Positions 1-13,969 of a stretch of DNA of 64,000 nt are shown piece after piece. This DNA is from Podarcis pityusensis (taxonomy: Eukaryota). Position 1 is the first letter of the stretch; each line of letters starts with the position of its first letter. The notes under the pieces are model-generated. The model was given only the letters and a program-made list of their open reading frames with translations. It was not told the origin of the DNA and ran no database searches. The stretch is from the NCBI GenBank assembly GCA_964106645.2, contig OZ067041.1; one strand, given 5' to 3'. The position numbers and the translations under genes are program-made.

Positions 1-2775
1 TAAAAGTTTAGGAATATCCTGATATCAGGCAAACTAGCAAGGAGATAAATTAGTGGCACATTGTGAGCCAAACAGCTTTCAGAAAATATTTAAATATAAT
101 TCTGTTTAAATTATTGTTTGGTTACCTCTTTAAATTTTTTTCTAGTTTCATAATCTTTAATTCTGCAATGCCTAAGTGTAAAACTATTTAAACCACTTTT
201 TTCCAGGAAGTACATGTAACTTCTTAAACCAAAGAGCCTTCTATTCTCTTGTCTCCCATGCAAAATGTTTCTAATTGCTTGTTTGGGGTTTTGTACCTGT
301 ATAAAATATGCTTTGATAGATTTGTTTTGATTAAAGTCATTTTAAGGAAGGATGTTTTTCCTACTTAGCAAACAAACTGGGAGAAATACTATGTAAGTGA
401 TGTCATACTTTAAAATACTGCATGCTCAATGTATCAGTTGTTCCTATGTGGATTTTCGTAGCATATTACAGATTGCCGATATACAGATACACAAAATTAT
501 CATCTTCCATTCTAAAATGGCAATTATTTAATTTTGAAGTAGATTGTATTTATTTTAGTAGTTGCCAGAAGCGCATATAAGCCATTATTCAACATCCATG
601 TAGATTACTTGTTTGTGTCAATAGCACAACATTTCACACTCGTGTAAAAGGTAAGGAGAGGCCCACCTTGCATTGGAGGCTTGCCCTGCTACTGTTTCTC
701 CATTTTAAAACCTTGACAAGTTGTACACTCCTGTTCAGGAGTCGTGCAGTTGATTCAGTGCACAGTCTCCAAACCTTTTGTTTTAGAAGGATAAGTAATA
801 CTTACAAAATGGCCTGGATTTTTTTAAAAAAAACAAAAAACCCTGTGTTGGCATCACAAGTCACATTACAAACTGTACTGAATAGGTGTCCATGACACTT
901 CCATACCGCAGTCCTCATAACAATCAAAGAAGCAATGAATATGCTAGTGGGGAACCCACATTTTCCCACACATAAATCCTACTCAGTGATACAAAGCATG
1001 ACAATGTTGAGGGGATGTTGCCCTTCAAAACACTTAACATGGTTATAGACTATACCAAGATGGCTTTAATTCAGGAGGCGGTGAAATAGCTTCAACCTCT
1101 AATACTAACCCTCAGCATAAGATGATTTTTAAAGGATAGTTTGTATACAGTAGAATCTTATTTCTCTAAATGCATTCTACAAATGATTGAGCACATATCT
1201 GTAGTCAAGCACTGAAAACAAGTTATTATTTTTCTAGAACTCTCAGGATGTATTTGAGACTTTGATAATCACTTTGAATTTTAAGAATTCTTTTTTTAGA
1301 TGCTGCCTTGGTCAAAGCTCTCCTGCTCCTACAAAATAAAATAAAAAAAGAGAAGATAACTTTACATTCATTTACATTAAAACAATACAATTGGAGGTTT
1401 TTGATCCATAGAAGTAAAATTAGATCTTTTATTGTGTTTCTTTTCATTTTGCTTTTTCCTAGCCATTCTTTTTAGTAGTCTATCCTCACTTTGATTTTTC
1501 ATTAAAAAATTCAACTTCTAGCATCTATAAAAAGCTCAATTTTCAAAATTTCAAAACACAAGTTCTTGAAATGCATGTTTAAGTTCTTTCGAGAAGCTTT
1601 GCATTTTTAAAAAAAACACCTGAAAATTTGTGAAAACCTGAAATATAGGCTTTGGGTTGGAACCATAGGTATGCCATCAGTCGATGGAAAGCGTCTTCCA
1701 TGCATGGAAGGGCTGTTTCTGACTTAGCAGGAAAGCATTGTGTAAGAAAATAATCCCCAGATCCAGAGGAGTTTCTCCATGTGTACAAGTTTTTTTGTAG
1801 GACTTTGCACAAGCTTATTATGATCTACTAGAATTTTTTATGCTACAGCTGGTATTTTAGTTATGCCCAGTTTCTTATACTGTAATGCAATCTCTGACAC
1901 ATTGTGCCTCTAGCTCTTGAGCAAAACTCAACATGGAACAGAACTAACAAATATTCTCCTCCTAGTTGCTGTAAGATAGGCTAATAGAATTCAAACGTGT
2001 TGTTGAAATTTCATCCCCAAAAATATTTGCTTAGAGTATCTTTCTCTAGAATGGTTCAGGCCTAATGGCAAACCATGGGTTGGCATTATGTGAACATAGT
2101 GATTCACTACTTCCCTTCTGGTTTGAGGTCAACCTTAATTTGCCATAGCATTTGAATTAACAAACTGTGGTTTGAGCATGCCCTACAAACCAGTATTATA
2201 TTGCATCCCTTAACTTTGAGATAGGGTAAAATTTCTAACCTCAGGCTCCTCATCCATTAAGTGACATTCCCCCTTAATACTGAAAGGTAGAACACACCTT
2301 TTAGTTCATGAGGCTTTGCTTGAGAGGCTTGTTCCTAAAAGGTCCATGTGTCCTTCTTCTGCAAGTAGCAAAAGTAATTATCTGAAAATGAGACAATATA
2401 TACAGAGGAAGGAAATTTAGCCAGAGAATAGCAATGCATATGAAAACCTGGCATGAAGTGAAAATTCCATGGATAAATGGAAATTTGATTTCATTATTTA
2501 TAGCAGAACATTGGGAATTGTGCAGAAGTCAAATCCATGTTTCCTCCATTGGGTTCTGCAAGTTGCTTTGTAATTTCAGGTGTTCAGAACTGTAGCTATG
2601 TTAGGAACACCTTGCTTTTTAAACTGAGTTGAAATTTTGAGTTGGCCTTTGGTAAGACAACTGGGATACAAAGGCATAAAGCATAACAAATCAATGGAAC
2701 ATTATAAACAAATTGTATGGTTGGCTACAGGAGAATGTACAGTGGTCAAGGCTAATATTCCAGCATCATCTAGAG

Positions 2776-2909
2776 CAGTCTTTCTCACCCATTGGGTCCC
2801 CAGACGTGGGGCTACAACTCCCATCATCCCTGACCACTGGTTCTGCTAACTAGGAATGATGGGAGTTGGAGTCCAACAACATCTGGGGACCCAAGGTTGA
2901 GAAAGGCCC
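2776..2909. mobile_element. Short palindromic hAT-type MITE
   Basis: Fold-back arms (CTACAACTCCCATCAT.../ATGATGGGAGTTG); 8-bp TSD ATCTAGAG at 2768-2775 and 2910-2917. Confidence 0.85.
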
Positions 2910-4957
2910 ATCTAGAGGCTCACTGTTTCACCATCCCTAGTATATGGGGATGCTTCAGGCACTAAGAAGGTAAAAAAAGGCAAATGTCTGCCTCCTCACA
3001 CCTTTCCTACTCTCCAGAAAACTCTCCGCTTAGTCCTGATCATTATTTAATAGATTTACATCCTACTCTTAACTGAACCCCTTCTGAACATCCTACTCTT
3101 AACTGAACTTCACAACATGTTTTACATGTCATCATGGATTACCCCCCCCAAAAAAAACCCCATACATTTATGGCCTAATAGGAAGGGAAGAGCTAGTAGT
3201 TCAAGGGCAGGCACTTGAAATTGTCTGTCTCCCTCTCTTTCTCCTTGGTGATAAATGGTATTGTATTGTGATGGGGGAAAGGATAATCCAACTGGGGTAA
3301 CAGTAGGCACCCGATATTGCAATATATAGCAGCAGATCACTCAAAATCAGTGTTGGCATCCCAGCCCCAGACTTGAGCTCTTCAGCACAGTATGGCACAG
3401 AAGGTTAAGGTTTCAGGAAGATGGAAATAAATAAATAACAGCACACTCTTTTTTTCCATGTCAACTTCCACAGCAAGTCCAAAATAGTGCTGCAAGGCTC
3501 CTGTTTCAGGCTGCCTGGAATTCTGAGCTGGAGGATTAGTTTTAGAACGCAAAGGAACAATGCAGTATTTTGTTGAAGATCCTCACTTGTCTGAAAATAC
3601 AAGCCGAGAGTTAGATATGAAAAAAGTATGGCCAAGGAGAGAAATTATACGCGCAAATCCCACCATCGACCCACTTGCTATGCAAAAATTCACCAATCCA
3701 CAAGTAAAGAATTGTGCCCAAACCTCACTATAAACACCACAGATTCACATATCCGAAAATCCAGAGTTTGCCCACTTCCTTATTTGCTTGCTTGCTTCTG
3801 CTTTGCTGGTTGGTAGCAGCTATGTTTAGGCAGAAACTATGAAGGGATTGAGGGTGCAAGATCAGATGAATCAGTAGGAGGGATCAGGCAAATCAGTTTT
3901 TCCCTTTGTCTCTCTTTTGCTGATTGGCTGCAGAAAAAATTGAAAAGGGTGGGGGAGAAATTGGGAAAATCCCAGATTAGAAGTATTTCTATCAGAAATA
4001 ATGGAAATCATGAACTCATTACTGTATGTGAACACTCGCCTGACGAACGATTTTCACAGAAAATGCTGTGCTTGATAAGCAAGACCTGCGAGTATATGTT
4101 TAAAAGGCTATTAAAATCATGGGTTATATCCAATACTAGTCTACTCAGAGTAGCACTGTTGAGATTAATGACCCAGAGTAATCATGTTCATCTTCAGTGG
4201 GTCTACTCTGAGCAGGACTAGCATTGGATACAACTTTATTTTGAAAATCATAGAGTCCGAACATTTTTCCTAAAAGGATGATCTTACAATATTTCCTAGA
4301 AGGCAAATTATTGGTGATTAGGCAGACTTCCCTAGGCAAAGAATACGAAATATGGGAGCCACAACAATAAAGACTGCTAGATCTCCTCATTGATAGCGCT
4401 TCTTGACTGAAACTACTCCTTCTCATATCAATAGATGGGTGAGCTCTTTTGAGGAAAATATGCAGCTGCCCCTGTTGTGTGTGTATGTGTGTGTGTTTTG
4501 GGACTAAAATCCCCATCATCCCTGACCTCTGGTCCTGTTAGCTAGGGATGGTGGGAATTGTAGTCCCAAAACATACATATGCATGCATTAATATTCTCAG
4601 ATCCAGGCACAACTGTGTAAGCCAAAATGTAGGAGGAAGCCATTCATGTCCTCTGTTGTTTTGTAACACAAGAAGCTATTGACCCGTTGCAATATAATAT
4701 GGTGTTAGACATATTTTACTTATTGTTGGGAAAATTATTAAACCCAACTGAATATTCTCATCCTAAAATATCAGAGTCCTGTACTTTTGCCTCAGTCCTT
4801 TTTTCTATAATGTAAGTGATTTGTTTTACTACAGAAGTATTCAAAAGAAGTTGAGTTTTCTTTTTTGACAACTTTGTCATGTATTATATGCCCCATCAGG
4901 AGTGTAAAGATATGTCTTCTAAAGAGTGGTTGGGGAAACCCAGCCAGATTGGTGGCA

Positions 4958-4991
<34 letters not shown>
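4958..4991. repeat. (TAT)n microsatellite
   Basis: Direct inspection; produces the poly-Tyr run in ORF 4865..5071. Confidence 0.95.
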
Positions 4992-5202
4992 TACAATATC
5001 ATACTATTCCATTTGTTTTTAAGCAAGCCATGTTTCTTCATGTTGCCCTCCAGATGAACTGCAGACTATGAAAAGCCCAACAGAATTTATAGATTATTAT
5101 AGGAGAAAGGCCTCCCCATATACACCTGAAAGATAATAGCAAGTTTTCTATTCAGTTATGTCCCAAGATTTCAAAATAATATGAAAGAAAGGCCATTCCA
5201 AG

Positions 5203-5204
<2 letters not shown>

Positions 5205-5236
<32 letters not shown>
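5205..5236. repeat. (CA)n microsatellite
   Basis: Direct inspection. Confidence 0.95.
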
Positions 5237-5239
<3 letters not shown>

Positions 5240-5376
5240 TGTGTATCTATAGTATGTCCCACTTACATTTAAAGTTATAAAAAATAGACATTAATTTAGA
5301 TTGTGTATTAAAAAAATATGAAAACACTCGAGATTCCTGGTTTCCACATAATGCTAAGCCAATCCATGGTTTAGCA

Positions 5377-5512
5377 CAGTGACGGCCAAACTTGGCCCTC
5401 CAGCTGTTTGGGGACTACAATTCCCATCATCCATGACCTCTGGTACTGCTAGCTAGGGATGATGGGAGTTGTAGTCCCAAAACAGCTGGAGGGCCAAGTT
5501 TGGCCATCACTG
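5377..5512. mobile_element. Short palindromic hAT-type MITE
   Basis: TIRs CAGTGACGGCCAAACTTGGCCCTCCAGCTG / CAGCTGGAGGGCCAAGTTTGGCCATCACTG; perfect 8-bp TSD GTTTAGCA. Confidence 0.92.
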
Positions 5513-5976
5513 GTTTAGCATGAACTTCAGAAGAGGAGAGGGTAATCATTTTGCTCCTCCCCTGTTGTTTTGCTGAGCTGAGCCATAGCTTGATTCAGTG
5601 TGTCATCTGAATCTGGATGCATGGTTTCACTCTCCCAGACAAACCTCAAACTGTAAACCATGGGACAAAACCTTGGATAAAGCTTAACATTAGTCTAGAG
5701 AGAGCTAAACTACAACTAGGTTTAAACAATACACAGAGCCAAACTATGGCTTAGTACAATATTGCATCAGGACCACCTGGGAGAAGCAAAGCAGCCACTT
5801 GCCTCTCTTCCAGAGTTTGCACAAAGCTGTGGTTTGGCTTTGTGTGATGTGGAAAGCAGACCGGGAAGGAAAAGGCAAAATAATTGGTCATAAGCCTGTG
5901 GATATAACTGTTGACATGAATATATCTGTGTTCTGCAGTAGTGTTGTGTGATAATGAACCTTGTGTCTTATTTCAG

Positions 5977-6045
5977 AGAGATTCCCCCTCTACATCCAGA
6001 CAGTCCCCAGCTAATGGCCATAGCAGCATTAACAATTCTGTTTCG
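5977..6045 (+). CDS. CASK: CASK 69-nt cassette exon (PDZ-SH3 linker), [23 protein letters not shown]
   Basis: Boundaries tttcag|AGA...TCG|gtaaga, phase 0-0; peptide matches the known CASK alternatively spliced linker exon. Confidence 0.95.
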
Positions 6046-7319
6046 GTAAGACTTCTAGACAGAGAGTATTCAGATCTTGTTGGTGCTCATCTACCATTCC
6101 TGTTATGATTACATGTTCAGTAGAAAATTGTGTTCTGCTGATAAAATCAAGAATACTTAGAAGTCTAATTCCCCATTTGCTCTCATTCAAGGGTTTACAC
6201 GACAACATAATCTTCTCATTAAAATCCCTTTAATGAGTTACATTCAACTGTAATGTAAAAATTCACTCATCCCTGAAATATGCTTATCATTACCCTCATC
6301 CTGACTTGCTCAAAACTAAACAAAAAGGCTAATTTCTATTTTCAACTTTTGAAGTGGTCTTTTGAAGCAAAATATTTGCACAGCAGGTATTTGGAGGGTT
6401 TTGGTTTTTTTAGACCTGGACATTTTTTATTTTTAAAGCTCTGTAGATTGCAGTATTGGTTTCCGCTATCTCAGTTAAGGAATTGGTGTGTCCTCTGCTG
6501 TTGTGGTATGTGCACATATTTTTGTGAAATATGAGCCTTGCCTGGATATGAAAAGCAAAAGGAACTGGCTTTAAACTGCATTTATAATCCCAAGCTATTA
6601 ACATCACATCTTTAACACAAAGTACTTTCTTTTTAGTCATATGTTCAGGAAAAAAAGGTACTGTTAAACATAATGGCAGACACCGCTATTTTTTATCATT
6701 TGTTTTTCTCTGAACATATATGGTAAAACACTAGAAAGCACCTGTAGACAGATCTTCCTTGAGAAACACTTAGATAATTGTGCTGTTAACACATGTACTA
6801 TAAGATGAGAAATGGTATCTGTTTCTGCGAACTTTCAATTAACGTCAATATAGACTGTTCTATATGTTGTTTAAAATACTGCCATTGTAATTAGCTACAG
6901 GAATAATTTGGTTTATGTATAAACACTAAGATTTATATGAATTAGAAATCTATTTAGACGTAACGGCTGGATACACAGTAGCTTTCAAATTGTAAAAACA
7001 GTTTATTTATATAATTGCCCCAATAGGAATATAATTAGAATGTTAAGACTAAAAGAGGGGTCCTCCTTTGCTTACAGGTGCTTTTGTGTTGAAGATGATG
7101 TATTCTTATTGAAAGCACATTTTCTGTCTGCTTAATTTTTACCTGCTTTCTTCAGCTTGCTGCTAAACAGCCTGGATTTGACATTTTTTCCTATTAAATT
7201 GTTGTTTCTGAAAATAAATTTGTTGTTAATACTTGCAAATTAACTATTTGCTTTGATACTGTTGACTGCTTTCAAAGTAAAATGAAGTTTTCTTTTCCTG
7301 GGTTGGCTTTGTTCTGCAG

Positions 7320-7355
7320 GACTTGCCATCAACAACACAACCAAAAGGACGACAG
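7320..7355 (+). CDS. CASK: CASK 36-nt cassette exon, DLPSTTQPKGRQ
   Basis: Boundaries ctgcag|GAC...CAG|gtgaat, phase 0-0; matches vertebrate CASK peptide. Confidence 0.95.
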
Positions 7356-8089
7356 GTGAATAGCTATTCTACGTGGAAGCTTTCCTAATTTAGCGCCTTT
7401 AGTTTGTAGCAATCGCTCCTTACCATCTCAAATGTGGTATTCCATGATGTGCTGACTTTAACTCTAAAAACTTTTCCCATTTTGTGTTTTACTCACCTAG
7501 CTGATTCATCATAGTTCCATTTTCCTGTGACCTGAAATGTAGTTGTATATTTTTTTTTATTACAACTTTTATTATAATTTCTAATAGTAGCTATATTCAG
7601 GACCATGTGATGTGTTGATGCCATCATTCTTCTAATGTTTCGTTTTCATTGCATCTTCATGGTTGTCGTTTGCTGCCCTGAAAATAATATTTAGGCATTT
7701 ACTATACATAACAGTTTTTCATGTGTGGTAGTTGTGCATTCTTGAGTATTTTGGTCTTAATAAATACTAGATTTTCTTAAGTTTCATTATGCTGAGGAGG
7801 GGATGATTAAGGGACAGTTCTTACAAGCTGGAATTTTTTATTTATGATTATTACTCAGGTATCCTGATAATATTTGGCAATACCTTTAGAATTTATTTAT
7901 TTATTTGCTTGCTTGCAGGTTTATAAACTGCTTCACAACAAAAAATTACCGAAGTGGTATACAATAAAATAATAATAAGTATTACAAACACCATGAACAA
8001 AGGACAATAAAACCAGTTCTGTAGTTACAGTTATTATTGCACAAAATGGCTGGGTCACATTTCATGAAAAGCCTTTTAAAACAAAACTC

Positions 8090-8545
8090 CCTTTAGTTAA
8101 ATATAAAAACAGCTAGGTGTTTGTCTGATTTCAAATGGTAACTGATTCCAAAGGGCTGGAGCTGCAACACTAAAAGCCTAGTTTCTACTGCATACTAATC
8201 ACACCTCTGGGGCATGTGATACTTTTAGCAGTGCTCTATCTGAAGAGTGTAGTTCCAAGGCAGGGATATATGGGGTGAGGCAAGTTGTTTAGGACTTTAC
8301 ATGTTAAAAGCAAAACCTTGAACTGATCCCAATAGCATATTGGTAGCCAGTGCAGTACCGTGGCAGAGGTTTATGTGGTGTAAACAGGGTGTCCCAGTCA
8401 GCAACCTAGCATCTATATTCTGCAACAGCTGCAGATTCCAGACTAAGCTCAAGGGCAGCCCCACATAGAGCACCCTGTAGTAGTCCAGTCTTCTGGGTAC
8501 CAGGACCATACCCACAGTGGCCAAGCTATCTCAGTCGAGGAATAG
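8090..8545 (-). mobile_element. L2-clade LINE ORF2 3' fragment
   Basis: ORF 8297..8524 RLDYYRVLYVGLPL...LQLLQNIDARLLTG resembles the L2 C-terminal RLDYCN/LQxxQNxAAR motif; boundaries approximate. Confidence 0.75.
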
Positions 8546-8929
8546 ACATAGGATTTGAGCTCTGTTTATGTGTCCTCATGCAGCCCACTCACGGCATTCA
8601 AACACCAATCTAGACCCTGATTCAGATATTACAAAGAAGCAATTGTGTGTGGTCATAATTTTTTTGTCTGAATGTGCTTCAGTTTACATTTGCTTACCCT
8701 CAGCTTCATTTCCCATTTTAATGCTCATTCACCCAGTTTGAATAGATATCTGTTTGGAGCACTGTTTGTTCTTACCACCCTGGACGAACTTGGCCACTTT
8801 GTTACTCACCTGTAACTCTACATCATGACAAAGTTAAAACAAGCACTGGTTCCAATATTGGGGACCTCACATCCTGTCATTGTGAGAACTGTCCTTTTTT
8901 CTACTTTCGTCTTCCTGCTTGACTTGTTA

Positions 8930-9990
8930 CTGTTCAGCCAGGTACCGATCCATTAAAAGACCTGTCCTCTCATCCCATGACTGACCGCTAAAAGTACTCA
9001 GATTCCGTTGATGACAAATTCCATCAAAAAGTTTTTTGAAAGTCAAAGTATGCAATAAAGCCTAGATAAGTCCTTCCGTATGATTACTGACACTCTCAAA
9101 TAACTTTTAAGTTAGACAGAAGGTACCCTTGCAGACGCAATATTGGTCCTTTCCAGTCCTCAAGTACAGAGGCTGATCTTGGAGGTGTTAACAGATTTTT
9201 GTTAGATCAGCTATTTCATGTTTGAGTTCTTAGAAACTCCTAAAATGGATATCACCTGAATCCAGGGATTTGTCTGTTTTTAATTTGTCAATAAGGGACA
9301 CGGGTGGTTCTGTGGGTTAAACCACAGAGCCTAGGACTTGCCGATCAGAAGGTTGGTGGTTCAAATTCCCGCAACGGGGTGAGCTCCCGTTGCTCGGTCC
9401 CTGCTCCTGCCAACCTAGCAGTTCAAAAGCACGTCAAAGTGCAAGTAGATAAATAGGTACCACTCCGGTGGGAAGGTAAATGGCGTTTCCATGCGCTGCT
9501 CTGGTTCGCCAGAAGCGGCTTAGTCATGCTGGCCACATGACCCGGAAGCTGTACGCCGGCTCCCTCGGCCAATAAAGCGAGATGAGCGCCACAACCCCAG
9601 AGTTGGCCACGACTAGACCTAATGGTCCAGTCGTGACCCTTTACCTTTACCTTAATTTGTCAATAAGACCCAGAATTTCATCTCTTGTCATCACTGTTTG
9701 GCACAGTTCCTCAAATTCCCTTTCTGAGAAAGTTAGTTCAGCTACAGGGATCTGTCCTACATCTTCCACAGTGAAAACAGATAGAAAGAATTCATTCAGC
9801 TTCCTCACAATTTCCTTTTCTTCCTGTTAATACATCTTTAACTTTCCTGTCTTCCAAAGGTCCAACTGCCTGTCTAGCAGGTGTCCTACTTCTAATGTCT
9901 TTTTTCCTTAAATGGTTGCTCTTAATGTTTTTAGTGATACGCTTCTCAAAAAAATTCTTTGCCTCCTGTATTGTCTGCTTGCAATTCATT
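8930..9990 (-). mobile_element. Degraded CR1 LINE ORF2 fragment interrupted by a SINE
   Basis: Minus-strand remnants resemble CR1 ORF2 (IRSRxPARQAVGPL; YFDFQK-like segment near 9030-9055); boundaries approximate. Confidence 0.75.
9296..9651 (+). mobile_element. Full-length Sauria SINE (lacertid type)
   Basis: tRNA-like head, core GCAAGTAGATAAATAGGTACC, (ACCTTT)n tail; 16-bp TSD TTAATTTGTCAATAAG at 9280-9295 and 9652-9667. Confidence 0.93.
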
Positions 9991-10946
9991 CCAAAACATC
10001 ACTTGAACAACAAATTATTTCAAACTAACTCATCAATTTCAAAAATAGTAGCATCTTTATTAAAAAAAATAATAATCCCAAGACTTGGGAAAATACAACC
10101 AAGAATTCCAGATTTTAAATTAGTATATATATTTAATACAATACATGTTGAATCTAAGGGCTAGATCTTTTCCTTCTCTCAGTAGACCTCTGGCCATCTG
10201 ACAGCAAAATTAGGCATTCCTTCTATGATTCTGTCCTTCTTGTCTACAGCTGTCATGACTCCTGAAGGCTGGAGGTGCATGAGGGAGAACTGAGGATTAA
10301 GACAGGACTTGAGATGATGTTGAGGAAGTTATTGGGGAGCCCAGACAAGGAATCATTGAAACAGGGCTTTATAGACTGGCTTTCTGTCAGTTGCTTGAGG
10401 TCTTCAGTTGGGGTGGGATCTGCCGTGGGGTCCCAGTCCTCTTCCTCCAGGGTCTGGGTCAAATGGAATCTTAACATACATAAAAATGAAAGATTTAGAA
10501 CACAGGAAGCTGCCTATAGATATGCCCCTAGTAATATAGCTTGTGTTCAGCACATAGTAAAGATGCACTGTGTGCATTATTATTTTTCATCTTCTGAATT
10601 AAAGTTTTTGTTAGTTAAGGTATTGTCCATTAAGTTATACATATTTCTATTTCATATTTTGAGTAACTAGTAACAATATTTTAATGCAAACAGACAAAGA
10701 GGTGAAGTAGAATTTCAAAGTTTCAATGGAATGTTAAAGCACTCCAATTAAAGGCTTCATCAAAATCATCACCACAGTTCTTTCCAGCTTTTTCTGTTTT
10801 GTTTTCAGCCGTCATTCTTATGTCTAATACTGGTATCTTCCTAAGCCTGGATGCAAACAGTGATAGTTAGATTATAGAGTAACATTTCACCTGTCAGTTC
10901 TAACCATATTAACATCGCATTGTTTTCACAAACTCCTGTTTTATAG

Positions 10947-11177
<231 letters not shown>

Positions 11178-12641
11178 TAATTTAAAATAAATTGGTCTGT
11201 CAAAATGTGCCTACGATTTGAAACATTTGTTCCCTTTTTTCTGGCAAAAAAAGGTGTTTGATTTAGTCAATTAAATTGGTCATTCAGTCTAGTGCTCAAA
11301 ACACACATACACTGTTATAGCAAGAACATGCACATATATCCTGAGACTACTCCTGGGAGAGGTAAGTGGTGGTAACACTGCAGTGATAAGATCAGTCCCT
11401 GTGGAACTTATTCAGGCAGCCTCTTTGTGACAAAGAAAAGAAAAATTGGTCTTACCTGAAGTGTAGTTTTGGGAGTGGAGCGTCGTTTCCAACGGAATGG
11501 GTGTTTACCATGTCTCACAACAAGGTGAACACCCATTCCATTGGATACGACGCCCCACAAACTAAAATATGCCTTCCATAATCATTTCTATCAACAATTC
11601 AGTGAAGACGCAGATGAGTGCTGCCATGACGTTTTCTCATTGATATTTTGAATAAGTGCTGTGGACAATCCATGAGAAATTTATGGTTGAAAATGGTGTT
11701 GCATTTGCCCTTCCTTGGCTAGACTGCCAGGTCTACTAAACCAAACAAATTGTTTGGGGAGAGTTGTGTGATTCAGCAACCATTTTTCCCCACCATCTTT
11801 AAAATAATAGTGAGATTAGACACTAGATAGTAGCTGTATAAATTATCTGCTTATACACTAGCCTTCAGAGGGCTTTTATCATTGCTGTCATCTGAGGCAG
11901 CAGCAGCTTTCTCTAATTTAAAAATGTATTGGTAATCCCATTCAACAACCTGCTCTTCCTTTTAGTGTAAATGGTTGCTAACATTTACCCTTACACCATG
12001 TTGGCATCGGACAAATAAGAGGATACTTTCAGTGCCTCTGTTTGGATACTATCATGTAGTAGCAGTGTCCAGATCAGATTGAAGACAATGTTGTTTTTCT
12101 GCAAATGCCTTGCAAAGCAAGTCCATAACAAACTGCAGTTAGTTCACATAAGTGACCAACCAGAGAGGGCAACAACCCCTTGCCTACGCAAAAGAGCTCC
12201 ACCAGATGGCATGGCATTTGTTTCACTCCCATGGCATGACCTTCAAATGATATCTGTGTTGTGCTTAGTTTGATTCGGCCTGAATCTTACACTGCATGCC
12301 CTCAGTTGCTTTTCCTGCTGCTTTAAGTTTTGTAGCAATTCAGTTACCAAGGAGTAGCACCTTACAAAAGTGTGAGAAGAGAATGCCTAGCTGCCACAGC
12401 ATTGTAGCCATACTCAACTTTTGATTTCATATATCAACCATTCTGTCACCAGAGTGACCTTTAGTGTCAATGGATAAATCTTCCAAATAATTCTTTAAGC
12501 CAAAGGATCCATCAGCTTCTGGAGAAGTACTGCAAAGAGCATGAACTGAGACTACTCAGGCCTACATAAGGTTGTGGTCAATTCATGACAAAATGTATTA
12601 CAACGATACCCTCATACCCTGACTACCTAAATCTAGGACGC

Positions 12642-12718
12642 TGTTGTTGTTTAGTCGTGTCCAACTCTTCATGACCCCATGGAGCAGAGCACGCCAGGCA
12701 CTTCTGTCTTCCACTGCC
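12642..12718 (-). mobile_element. BovB/RTE LINE 3' end fragment
   Basis: TGTTGTTGTTTAGTCGTGTCCAACTCTTCATGACCCCATGGA; same family as 21988-22100 and 33535-33758. Confidence 0.8.
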
Positions 12719-13702
12719 ACTTAATCAAGTGTGTATCCTGCCTTCTGTGTGTGGTTTCTAATTAATTAATTAAACTTACGCCCTAGTCTTCCTCTGAGGA
12801 GCTCAGGGCAACTTATATATGGTTCTTAGTCAGCACCCCACCAAGGCAGCTTCCAAGATCATACTTGTTAGACTTCAGTAGAAGAAATGCATCATATAAT
12901 CTTAGGCCATTATCTGGGTTTGTAACACATCAGCATAGCCAAATGATTGTCATAGCAGCCATGAAGTTCCTGCTAAAGGCTTGATAATAGCAAACCTGAA
13001 GACCAGGTCTGTAATTAGGAAGTCTCTAAGATAAAATCTCAGTCTCAGTCTTATCCTATATGTGGACATAGTCTGTACTGGTTATCTACTAAAAGGAAGG
13101 CTACCACTGTAGAGATCAGAGATGTACTCCGTACCCAAATTGTGGCTGATGTTGCACTAAATGACCAGGTGGAACAAACTGGACCACTATGGATTAAGCA
13201 GCAGTCCATCCTGCTTTTGGCAATGCGAATGAAATCAAGGCCTTCCTTCGTGTTTAGACTATGAAGGTCATGTAATTTAAGTTTGGTTTACAGATCACCC
13301 TGCTCTTGGAGGATTGTGTTCATGAGAGTTGCCCCAGGAGCTCCCTCCTGTCATCAGTCATGACAGTCGGTAGCCATGGCAGGATGAGAGGCTTTGAGAA
13401 ACTGGAGTACCTTCTGCCATGCCCTGTGCTGTGACAGATGAAAAGAGCCACAGCTGTCAAAGTGCTGCTTCGCCCCTGCCTTAGCTCCTCTCACCAGCTG
13501 CAGCTATCTTTTAAAGCAGCAATAACTCATTTGACTCCATGGTGGCTGCTGGTGTGGTAAACAAGGAACTGGTGCTTTGAAAAGGGTCATCAAAAATTCA
13601 AATGTGAAAGCTGGGAAATGAATTTTAATCTGTCCTGCAAAAAAAAAAAAAAATGGTGGGGGAGATTATGTTAAAGATAAATATTAACATTGCTTCATTT
13701 AA

Positions 13703-13969
<267 letters not shown>

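Noticed and set aside
582-656. Strong donor AAG|GTAAGG at 650/651 suggesting a CASK exon
   Set aside because: No upstream acceptor gives a stop-free, frame-preserving exon resembling CASK
3058-3108. 21-bp direct repeat ACATCCTACTCTTAACTGAAC x2 (similar short duplications at 25086-25117 and 37138-37166)
   Set aside because: Ordinary local slippage or repair duplications with no sign of function
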